Notes under the pieces: model-generated
Databases searched by the model: none
What the model was told of the DNA's origin: nothing
Seen by the model: only the letters and a program-made list of their open reading frames with translations
Made by a program: the position numbers and the translations under genes
Shown here: positions 1 through 12,000 of the stretch, piece after piece
How positions within the stretch are numbered: the stretch's first letter is position 1
Layout: every line of letters begins with the position of its first letter
DNA from: Thraustochytrium aureum
Taxonomy: Eukaryota
Assembly: GCA_012862495.1 (NCBI GenBank)
Contig: BLSG01000112.1
Span: 1 to 47,014, forward strand
Length of the DNA: 47,014 bases
Reading direction: 5' to 3'

Positions 1-3000
1 CCACTTGCGGAGGAGTCGGCGGCGGCCGACCCCAGCAGCCCCGCGGCGCTCGCTGGCCCGGTCGACACGCTGTTCGAGGGCGCGCACGAGATGCTTGAGT
101 GGGTCAAGGCGCGCATCGAACTCGCGAGCCTCGTGCCGCGCATGTGGAACGAGCAGGCGGACGCCGCGATCCTCGAGTTCCTCGCGCACCCCAACATGTA
201 CCGCCTCGTCGTCTACGTCGGCATCGACGGCGTGCACCTGCGCACCGGGTCGAGCGTGGTCCCTGGCCCCGCAGCCCCCGAAACGCCCCACGGCGAGGCC
301 GTAAAGGCCGCCACTGGCCTCCTGAAAGACCTCACAAGCTCGGGGGCCAGCGAGTTCATGTATTTTGTGCGCCCAGAGGGCAAGCCCCTCACAGCGACCA
401 ACATCAGGCGGCTCGTCAAGTACGGCCGCGTCAACGGCCTCGGGCGGGGCCTGAGCTCCATGGGCTCCCTGCTCCGCGCGATGAACACCGTATTCGCAGG
501 CCAGTTCCGCGACAACGCCTCGTGGCCCGAGAGCGTGCGCAAGGACTTTGCCGGCCAGCTGCACAAGTTCGTGGCCGCGCTGACGGAGACCACAAATCAG
601 TCCAAGGGCAAGACCATCCTCTACATCCCGCTCGAGGATGTCGCCAACGCAGAGGAGGCCGCCAAGGACAAAGACCTCGTCCAGCGCCTCGAGTCCACCA
701 TGATACGCTGGACACGCCAGATTAAAGAAGTCGTCAACAACCAGGACATGGCTGCCAACACCGAGACCTCTGGGCCGCTCCAGGAGATCCAGTTTTGGCG
801 GTCGCGCACGCAGGACCTGAGCGGCATCAGCGACCAGCTCGAGAAGGAAGGCATCCAGCACATCGTCGCCGTTCTCGAGTGCGCCAAGTCGTCCTACCTG
901 GCCCCGTTTCAGGCCATCGCCGACATGATCCAGCGCGGCTCCATGGAAGCCAACGACAACCTGCGCTACCTCATGCTCCTCTTCGACCCGTGCTCGCAGC
1001 TCTCGCGCGCCGAGCCGAGCGAAATCCCCAAAATCTTGCCCGAGATCCTTGCCTGCATTCGCATCATTTGCTCGGCCAGCAAGTTTTACAACACCGAGGA
1101 GCGACTCACGGGCCTATTGCGCAAGGTCAGCAACGAGATTATCCGCTGCTGCTGCGCCAAAATCAGCCTCGGCGAGATCTTCGACGGCGACGTCGAGGAC
1201 TCGATGGTGCAGCTCCACGAGTCCATCGCAGGCGGCGTGGCGTGGAAGCGGCTGTACCAGCGCACAGCGGACGCCGTCGCAAAGTACAACCCAGACAAGA
1301 ACCAGCACTGGAACTTTGACATCGCCAGCATCTTTGCCCAGGTCGATGCCTTTGTGCAGCGCTGCCGCGATCTCCTCGAGGTGTGCGAAGGCCAGGTCCA
1401 ATTCGCGCGCAAGTCGAAGCGCGTGCAACGCGGCAAGCGTGCCTCGCTCCCGGTCTTCGGCGGCACGCGCGGCGCCGACGTCGCCAAACAGCTCCTCGAC
1501 ATCGAGGACCAGTTCGCAAAGCACATCGACCACCTCCGCGGCCTCGAGTACGACATCCTCGACGTCAAGGCCACGCGCTGGCACGAGGACTACAATCACC
1601 TCAAGAACGGGATGAAAGACCTCGAGGTTATGATGCAAAACGTGATCAACGGCGCCTTTGACGGCGTACCACCATCGCGTTCGGCATCGAGCTCCTGGAG
1701 GCCTTCTCGGACCTCGCCAAGCGCGAGGCCATCAAGCGCTGCGTCACCAAGAAGACGGCCGAGGTATTTGGCCTCATGGCCAAGGAGCTCGACCAGATCC
1801 GCCTCGAGTTCGACCAGTTCCGCGCCGCGCCGCCACTTGGCGCGCACGAGCCCAGGTACGCCGGGGCGGCGCTTTGGGCGCGCGGCCTCTTGCGCAAGGC
1901 CGAGCACGACTGGAAGCTCTTGAAGAACGCCTCGCACTTTCTCACCCCAACGCGGGAGGCCGACGAGGTCAAGGCCGCGTACGAGACGCTCGCAGGCGTC
2001 CTAGAGGACTACGCCATGAAAATGTACCAGGACTGGATGAGCCAGATGCAGGGCCTTGACCAAGCTCACATGCACCAAAAGCTTGAGATTCCACTCATGG
2101 CCAGGGCCGGCACGGCACACCACCACCACCACCAACACCACAGCAACCAGAGCGGCTCGCCGCATCACCAACACCACCATCACCACCATAACAGCAGCTC
2201 TCATGATGCAGCGAGCCCCTCAAACGGCAACTCCTCCAACGCGGGGCCCTCATCTGGGTCTGGAGCAGCGCCGACAGCGGACAACCACCAAAGCGGGGAG
2301 CGCACGGTGCGCTGGGCTCCGCCCACGCCCCCCACGAGGGGAGCGCTGGCGGGGGCGATCGGGCCCGGGGTCCCCGTCTGCCGCCCAGGCCGTGCCGAGG
2401 ATCGGCGGCGCGGAGATCAGCGCCAGCGCGCCCATGCTCGCGAAGGACTCGGCTGGGCTGCTTGTGAGCAACTTTGACAAGTCGCTCATGCGCCTCTTCG
2501 CGGAGGTGCGCTTCTGGGAAAAGTTCCAAGGCGAGGTCCAAATCCCCTACGTCGCGCACGACATCTCCAGCAAGAAGGAGGACCTCCGCATCCTGCGCGA
2601 GTACGTCATGTTCGTCGTCCGCGACTACAACTCGATCATCAAGGACCTCCAGCCCGACGAGCGCCGGCTCTTCCAAGAGCACATCCGCCGCCTGGACCGC
2701 CGCATCGCCCCGGGCCTCTCAAAGCTCACCTGGGCCTCAAAGGGCGTCATCGACTGGTACGTGCGCGAGTGCCGCAAACACTGCGCGGAAACCCATCGCA
2801 TAGTGCGCGACTTCAAGACACAAAAGGCGGTGCTTCTGCGCCAGTGCAAGGCAGTCGGCGCAACGCTTCTCGTTGACCTGCAGAAGAACACCGTGTACGA
2901 CGGCGCCGTGTTCGCCGCCCGCCAAGAAGACCACCGCAAAATTGTCACGGCGCGCTTCCAGGCCGCGCACGAAACGATCACAAACATCCTCAACGAAATG

Positions 3001-6000
3001 TTCGACAACTTTCGCAGCGACCCTGCCGAGGTGCAGCGCGAGTGGCAAAAGTTCATGGCCGCCACCGACAAGCGGCTCGGCGACGCGCTCCGCCAGACCG
3101 TCAAGCGCTCGCTCCAAGAGCTCGCTCGCGCAATTAACGGCGACAACAAGACCGAGCCGCAGCAGCTCTTCAAGGTCGGCGTGGTCCTCGAGAACAACTC
3201 GGTGGGCTTTCACCCCACCATGGTGGACCTCACGCAGAACATCAACATGGTGTGCAAGGATCTCATCAGCGCGGTCAAGGTTGTTCCGCGCCTCAAGCCC
3301 GTGACTCCAGACCCAACCAAGCTGAACAGCGAGCTCGAGGCGGAGCGCACGCGGCAGCACGCCCGGTTCTACGACACCATCTCCAACGACGAGGACATTC
3401 TCAAGATCCTCGTCCAGATCATGAACGGAATGTCCTCGTGCGCAACAGAACTTCAAAAGTACCTCACCTATTGGGACAAGTATCGCCCGCTCTGGGAGAT
3501 GGACAAGGGCGCCTTCATCCGCCGCTACGCCAAGGCGAACCGCCCCCTGTCCCAATACGATATGGACATTTCGCGCTACCGCGAGCAGCAGGGCGACATC
3601 GCGGCCGAGGACATGACCAACTCGATCAACTTTGTCAAAATCGACTGCAGCCTGCTCAAAAGCGCGCTCGTCCAGCACTGCATGCAGTGGCAGAACAAAC
3701 TCACCGGGTTGCTCAATCAAAACGCGCAGGCCGAGCTCGAGGACCTCCACCAAATGTTCGCCCGCCACTCGGCCACGCTCATCGCCAAGCCGCTCAATCT
3801 CGACGAGCTCAGCGAGAAGATCCTCCTCAAGGACCAACTCAACGCCGAGCTCGAGGCCATCGAGGCGCGCTTCGAGCCCCTTGAGCTCAAGTACCAGACC
3901 CTCGCCAGGTTTGAGGTCCAGGTCACGGACGCCGAGACGCAGCAGCTCGCCTCGCTCGCAACGGTGTGGGCCAACTTTAAGGACGTGCTGGAGCAGTGCG
4001 AGGGCTCGCTGCAAAAGGAAAAGCAAAACATGAAAAAGGACCTCGAGAGCGCGCTGACGAGCTTCAACCAGCGCGTCGAGGCGTTCCGCGAAGAGGCCGC
4101 TGGCCAGCTGCCGTATGGCAACGACATGGACGTCGACGAGGCGTTCAGGCTCCTCGAAGAGATGGGCGCAAAGTGCGCCTCCGTGCGCCAGAACGAGGAG
4201 CGCCTCAAGCCCGGCCTCGGCATCTTCCAGATCGAGCTCCCCGACTCGCAAGAGCTGGCGTGGACCGAGGGCGAGCTCGCGGTGCTGAACCAGATCTGGT
4301 CGCTCACGCGCGAGTGGAGCGAGACCTGGAAGCTATGGAAAGACAACAGGTTCGACACGCTTGTACTCGGCGACATGGAGCTCACAGCTGCGCAGTACAC
4401 CAAGCAGGTGGGCCGCCTCGCGCGCGAAAAGGGCTTCCAAGGCGCGGCGGGCGGCGCCAAAAAGCTCGGCTCTTTCCAGGCCCTCAAGGAACTCATCGAC
4501 CAGTTCCGCCAGACTCTCCCGCTGATCCAGGACCTGAAAAACCCCGCCATCCGCCCGCGCCATTGGAACCTGCTGAAAGCGGAGATCAACAAGGACTTTG
4601 ATCCCTTCTCGTCCTCGTTCACGCTCTCGGCCGTCTTCTCCTTGGGCTTGCACATGCACGGCGAGTTCATCTCCGAGATGAGCTCAAACGCTAACAAGGA
4701 GCTCGCGATCGAGCAGTCGCTCGCGGAGATCGAGGAGGTCTGGTCCACGATCGACATCGAGATGGGCGAGTACAAGGAAAAGTACTGGAAGGTCAAGAGC
4801 ACCGAAGACATGTTCACCCAGCTCGAGGACAACCAGGTCGCCCTGTCCACGATGAAGGCCTCGAAATTCTACATGTCCTTCAAGGACAAGATCGAGCGGT
4901 GGGAGAACAACCTCAGCTCCGTGAGCGAGGTGGTCGACCTGCTGCTCCAGGTACAGCGGCAGTGGATGTACTTGGAGTCGATCTTCATGGCCAGCGAGGA
5001 CATCCAAAAGCAGCTTCCGACGGAAAGCAAGCTCTTCGCGCAAGTGAACGCCGACTATGCCGAGCTCACTGGCGAGATCGTGGCGCAGCCAAACGCGGTG
5101 CGAGCCTGCATCCGGGAGGGCGTCCTGGACAAGCTCACTGACATGGACGCCAAGCTCGAGCGAATCCAGAAAAGCCTCGACCAGTACCTCGAGACCAAGC
5201 GGCAGAGCTTTCCGCGGTTCTACTTTCTCTCCAACGACGACCTGCTCGAGATCTTGGGCCAGCAAAAGGACCCCACCCAGGTGCAAAAGCACATCAAAAA
5301 GTGCTTTGTGGGCATCAAGCTCCTCACCCTCGTCGAGCCTGGCAAGCAGGGCAACAAGACTTTTGAGGCGCACGCCATGATCTCCAACGACGGCGAGAAA
5401 GTCCCGCTCTGCCGCCCCGTGATCGTGGACGGGCCCGTGGAAATGTGGCTCAACGACGTCGAGGCGCGCATGTTTGACACCGTCGCCAAGCAGTGCGGCC
5501 TCACACTGCAAGCGCACCGCGGCAAGAAAGAAAAGTGGATCAAAGAGTGGCCGGGGCAGCTGCTCATCACCGTGGGGGCGATTGCCTGGACGGCAGAGTG
5601 CACGCGCGCGCTCGAGACCATGATGAAGGGGAACAACAAGTCTGCGCTCAAGCAGGCCAAGAAGAAGCAGATCAGCTACTTGAACCGCCTCTCCGACATG
5701 GTGCGCGGCCAGCTGACCAAGATCGAGCGCAGCAAGCTCGTTGCCCTCATTACCATGGAGATCCACAACCGCGACGTGCAGGACCGCATGATCAAAGCCA
5801 ACTGCCAAAACGTCAACGACTTTGACTGGCTCTCGCAGCTCCGGTTCTACTGGAACAAGGACGAGGGCGAGTTTGGCGGCATCATCGTGCGTCAGACCAA
5901 CCAGCAGATGGAGTTTGGGTACGAGTACCAGGGGAACAACGGGCGCCTCGTCGTCACCCCGCTCACTGATCGATGTGTGCTTACGCTCGTCACTGCGCTC

Positions 6001-9000
6001 GCGCTCAACCGTGGCGGCGCCCCCGCCGGCCCTGCCGGGACCGGCAAGACCGAGACGGTCAAGGACTTGGGCAAAAACTTGGCCAAGTACGTCGTCGTCT
6101 TCAACTGCAGCGACAGCATGGACTACAAGAGCGTCGGCCGCATGTTCTCCGGCCTCGTGCAGACTGGCGGGTGGGGCTGCTTTGACGAGTTCAACCGCAT
6201 CCAGATCGAGGTGCTGTCGGTGATCGCGCAGCAGGTCATGTCCATCATGACTGCCATCGCGCAACGCAAGCGACGGTTCAACTTTATGGGCATCGAGGTA
6301 CGCTGCCGCTGGAGCTGCGGGATCTTCATCACGATGAACCCGGGCTACGCCGGCCGTACCGAGCTCCCAGACAACCTCAAGTCGCTCTTCAGGCCCGTTT
6401 CGATGATGGTCCCCGACCTGGCGCTCATCGCCGAGGTCATGCTTGCAGCCGAGGGCTTTCGCGACGCCAAACCCCTTGCAAAAAAGACGACCACGCTGTA
6501 CTCGCTCATGGTGCAGCAGCTGTCCAAGCAGGATCACTACGACTTTGGCCTTCGGTCTCTTCGCGGTGTGCTCATGTGCGCCGGCGGGCTCAAGCGCGCC
6601 GACGCGAGCGTCTCGGAGGAGCTCATCTTGCTTCGAGCGCTGCGCGACATGAACGTCCCCAAGTTTATCCGCGAGGACATGGAGCTGTTCATGCTCCTCA
6701 TCAACGACCTCTTCCCGGGAATGGAGACGCCCCCCAGCGAGCAGGGCCAGCTTATTGTCAACATGCGGCAGTCGCTCGCAGACCGCAACCTGCAGATTCA
6801 CGAGGTCATCGTCTCTAAGGCGGTGCAGCTGTACGAGTCCAAGCTGACGCGCCACTGCAACATGGTGGTCGGCAAGACGCTGAGCGGCAAGTCTGTCGGC
6901 TGGCGCTGCCTCGCGGACGCGACCACGATGATGGCAAAAGTGCAGCCCGAAGAGTTTCAGCCGGTGCGAGAGTTTGTGCTCAACCCAAAGTCGGTCAGCA
7001 TGAACGAGCTGTACGGAGCCTTTGATCTGGCTACCTTCGAGTGGAGCGACGGGATCCTCTCCAACGTGTTCCGGTCGTGCGCACAAGACGAGCGCCCCGA
7101 TGAAAAGTGGATTGTGCTCGATGGCCCGGTCGACACGCTCTGGATCGAGTCGATGAACACGGTGATGGACGACAACAAGACGCTCACGTTGATCAACGGC
7201 GACCGCATTGGCATGACCAGCTCGATGTCGCTCCTCTTCGAGGTGCGCGACCTTTCTGTGGCCTCCCCCGCCACGGTGTCACGCGCAGGCATGATCTACT
7301 TTGACGTGGACGATCTCGGGTGGGGCCCCTTCAGTACGAGTTGGATCACCGCCAGGATCACAGCGGAGGACGACGCGGCTGGAGCGGCTGCCCCGAAAGG
7401 CGGCTCGGGACCAAGCTCGAGCGCTGCAGGGGGCAATGGGGCGGCTGGCGACGCCGACGCCGAGGGCGACGACCAGGAGGGGGGCGCAGACACCGGATCG
7501 CCTGGCTCTCGCGCGGCCCGAGAGCGGTTCCTGGCCAACCTGTTCGCCAAGTACTGCGTTCCTGTGCTCGAGTTTAAGGCCCGAAACGTGGAGGAGCTGG
7601 TTCCGGTGACGGACTTTAACGCGGTCAAATCGCTGTGCAACCTGTTCGACGCAGTCGCTACGCCCGACAATGGGGTCTGCCCCCACTCGCAGGCGGCCGA
7701 CTACTTTGCCATGGTGGAAAAGTGGTTCCTCTTCGCGCTCATCTGGTCCATCGGCGCCGCGGCGACGGCGCCGGGGCGCAAGAAGCTGGACGGCTTTGTG
7801 CGCGACCTCGAGTCGCAATTCCCGCCCGCCGAGCTTGTCTACGACTACTATGTCGACCACAAGGCGAAGGAGTGGAAGCTCTGGGACGAGCGGGTCCCCA
7901 CGCCGTGGAGGCCGCCTCGCGGGCTTGAATTCGTCAAGATCACAGTGCCTACGGTCGATACAGTCCGCAACTTGTTTGTGGCGGAGGTCTTGCAGGGGCG
8001 CTCCATGGCCACCATGCTCGTGGGTGAGACGGGCACCGGCAAGACGGTTCTGGCGGAGCAACTGCTCGAGTCTTTCACGGGCGGCGAGGCCACCAAGTAC
8101 GCCAAGCTCGTGGTCAACTTTAGCAGTGCCACGACGTCCGAGACGAGCCAGGAAATCATCGAGGGCGCCATGGAAAAGCGGTCCAAGGACAAGTTTGGGC
8201 CGCCAGGCGGCAAGCAGCTCATCTGCTTTGTGGACGACTTCAACATGCCACGGAAGGACCTTTTCGGGTCGCAGCCGCCGCTCGAGCTGCTCAGGCAGTG
8301 GATCGACTACGGGGGCTGGTACGAACGCCAAAAGCAGACCTGGCGCTACATCCTGGACATGCAGCTTCTTGTCTCGATGGGCCCGCCCGGCGGCGGTCGG
8401 TCCGTTATCAGTGAGCGGCTGCAGAGCAGGTTCAACCTGATCAACTTTACGCCTGCCAAGACGAAGGACATGGAGCGCATCTTTTCGTCCATCCTCGTCC
8501 CCAAGTTTCAAGATGGGTTCGACGACGAGGTGAAGAGCCTGGGGGAGAGCCTCGCCAAGGCAACCGTGCAGCTCTACAACGCGGTGGCCAAGACCTTCCT
8601 TCCAACGCCGGCCAAGTGCCACTACCTCTTCAACATGCGCGACGTGTCGCGCGTGACGCAAGGCCTCCTCCTCGCGGACAAGACCTCGATCGACACCAAG
8701 GAGACGATGCTTCGACTGTGGGCGCACGAGAGCTTTCGCGTCTTCGCGGATCGCTTTATCGACAGCTTTGACGTGACGGCGTTCCGCGGCCTGGTCCACG
8801 ACCAGCTCAGCGCAGTCTTCTCGAGCGGATGGGCCGACCTCATGAGCGATTGCGCGGTCCCGGACGACGGGGCGCTGTTTTGTGACTTTCTATCTGAGCC
8901 GGTTGGGGCCGCAGAGGAGGCCAAGCCGCCCTACGAAGAGGTTACGGACCCGAGCAAGCTCAAGGCGTTCTTGGAAGAGAAGCTCGAGGACTTTAACATG

Positions 9001-12000
9001 GAGCCAGGATTCATCCCGATGGACCTGGTGCTGTTCAAGGATGCAATCGGTCACGTGTTGCGCGTCTCGCGTGTGATCAAGCAACCGCGCGGGAACTGCA
9101 TGCTTGTGGGAGTAGGTGGGTCTGGGCGACAGAGCTTGAGTCGCCTGGCTGCGTTCACTTGCGAGCAGCGCATTTTCCAGATCGAGATTACCAAGCAGTA
9201 CCGGTCCGTCGACTTTCACGAGGACCTCAAGTCGCTCTACATGGCCGCAGGCGGGGAGGGCAAGCCCACCACGTTTGTGTTTAGCGACACACAGCTCAAG
9301 GAGGAGAGCTTCCTGGAGGACCTCAACAACATTCTCAGCAGCGGCGAGGTGCCCAACCTCTACACCAAGGACGAGAAGATGCCGGTGTACGAGGCTGTAC
9401 GGCCTGCCGCCAAGGCAGCAGGCATCCTCGAGACTGCAGACAAGCTCTGGGAGTTTTTCATCGAGCGCACGCGCGCCAACCTCCACATTGTCCTCTGCAT
9501 GAGCCCCGTTGGCGAGGGGTTTCGCAACCGGTGCCGCATGTACCCGGCGCTCGTCAACGGCACGACCATCGACTACTTTCACCCCTGGCCCGGGGAGGCG
9601 CTCACCGAGGTGGCTTCCAAGTTTTTGTCAGAGACCAAGCTTGGCCACGGCGAGAACGAGGTGGCGCTGAAGAACCAGGTGGGCAAGGTTTTCGCCTTCG
9701 CGCACGAGTCCGTGACGCAGGCGAGCAGCCGCATGCTTCTCGAGATGAAGCGCCACAACTACGTGACGCCGACCAACTACCTCGAGCTGGTGAAGAGCTA
9801 CCGCGAGCTCATCGAGGAGAAGCTGACCGAGATTGGGGAGAACCGGGCCAAGCTCAGCGGCGGTCTCACCAAGCTCGAGGAGGGCAAGACCCAAGTGGAG
9901 GAAATGTCCGTCGAGCTGGAGGCCAAAAAGGTCGTTGTCGCAGAGGCGCAAAAGGAGTGCGAGGAGCTCCTTGTCGTGATCGTTGGCGAGCGCCGGAGCG
10001 CAGACGAGCGCAAGAAGCAGGTCGAGGCCCAGGCCAAGCGCATCTCCAAGGAAGAGGCCGAGTGCAAGGTGATTGCGGACGACGCAGAGCGCGACCTCAG
10101 CAAGGCGCTGCCCGCGCTGGAGGCCGCCATGGCCGAGGTCGACAAGCTCGACAAGAGCTCGATTTCGGAAGTGAAGGCGTACGCCTCGCCGCCGCCCGCG
10201 GTGGAGATGGTCCTGAACGCGGTGATGCTCCTCTTCCAGATCAAGCCAGACTGGGCAAGCGCCAAGAAAAAGATCAGCGAGCCCAACTTCTTGCAGCAGA
10301 TCAAGTCGTTTGACAAGGACAACGTGCCGGCCAAGGCCCTCGCCAAGCTCAAGGCGATCACGAAGCGGCCTGACTTTACGCCAGAGAACGTGCGAACAAA
10401 GTCGCTTGCTGCAGCCGCGCTGTGCACGTGGGTGCTCGCCATCGAGCTGTACTCTGGCGTCGCCAAAGAGGTGGCGCCCAAGCGCGCCAAGCTCAAGGGC
10501 GCCATGGACAAGCTGGCGGCGGCGCAGGCCTCGCTCAAGGCGGCCCAAGAGGAGCTCGCGGTGGTCATTGCCAAGGTGGACGAGCTGAACGAAAAGTACA
10601 CCACCTCCGTGAACGAGAAGAATGCCCTCCGCCAGGAGGCCGAGAACCTGGAGAACAAGCTCGACCGCGCCGACAAGCTTGTGAGCGGGTTGTCTGGGGA
10701 GCGCGTGCGCTGGGAAGCCTCGATTGGAACCTTTGACAAGCTCATGCACGACCTGGCCGGCGACGCGCTCGTTGCGGCCTCCTTCCTTTCCTATGCAGGG
10801 CCCTTTGACACGCTCTACCGCGAGCGATTGGTCAAGCGCTGGCTGGAGGCGACGCGAGAGTTTGAGGTGCCGTTCTCGGAAGGGTTTGACTTTGCCAACT
10901 TTTTGGCCAAGCCCACGGACGTGCGCAACTGGAACCTGGCAGGCTTGCCGAGCGACAACTTTAGTACCGAGAACGGCGTGATCACGACACGCGGGCGGCG
11001 TTGGCCGCTGATGATCGACCCTCAAGGGCAGGCGAACAAGTGGATCAAGAACGCCAACAAGGACCTGGTGGTCTGCACGCTCAAGATGCCGGACTTTGTG
11101 CGCAAGCTGGAGACGGCGCTCCAGTTTGGGCAGCCGTATCTCCTGCAGGACGTCGAGGAAGAGCTTGACCCCTCGATCGAGCCCGTGCTGACCAAGTCGA
11201 TTATCAAGCAGGGCAACCGCAAGATCATCAAGCTCGGCGACAAGGAGATCGACTACGCGGACGACTTCAAGTTCTACATCACCACCAAACTGGGCAACCC
11301 GCATTACACGCCCGAGGTGAGCACCAAGGTGACACTGGTCAACTTTGCCGTCAAGCAGGAGGGCCTCGAGGCGCAGCTGCTCGGCGAGGTGGTGCGCCAG
11401 GAGGAGCCCAAGCTGGAGAAGCAAAAGGCCGAGCTGGTGGTCAAGGTCGCAGAGGGGAAAAACTCCCTGGTCGAGCTGGAAAACTCGATCCTCAAGAGCC
11501 TAGCCGAAGCCCAGGGCTCGCTGCTGGACGACGAGGACCTCGTCGACACGCTTGCCATCTCCAAGAAAACCGCGCAGGACGTCACGCACCAGCTCGAGGT
11601 CGCAGAGCAGACCGAGATCCAAATCGACGCGACCCGGCAAGGGTACCGGTCCGTCTCGCAGCGCGCCGCGATCCTCTACTTTGTGCTCAATGACCTGTCG
11701 CGCGTCGACCCGATGTACCAGTTCTCGCTGGCTGCCTACAACGAGCTGTTCAACAACAGCATTGTTCGGTCCAGGAGCAAGGACCGCGGCGGCGGGGGTG
11801 GCGGCGGCGGCGGCAACGACTCGGGGAGCGAGTCGGACGGCGGCGACAGCGACAACGAAGGCGGCGCTGGCGATGGCGGCGTCGACGCTGGCGGGGAGAC
11901 CGGCGGCGCTGGCGCGGCGGCCGACGCGGCAGCGCTCGAGGCGCGTATCCGCGAGATCAACGACTTCCACACCTACGCAGTGTATGCGTACGCGTGCCGT

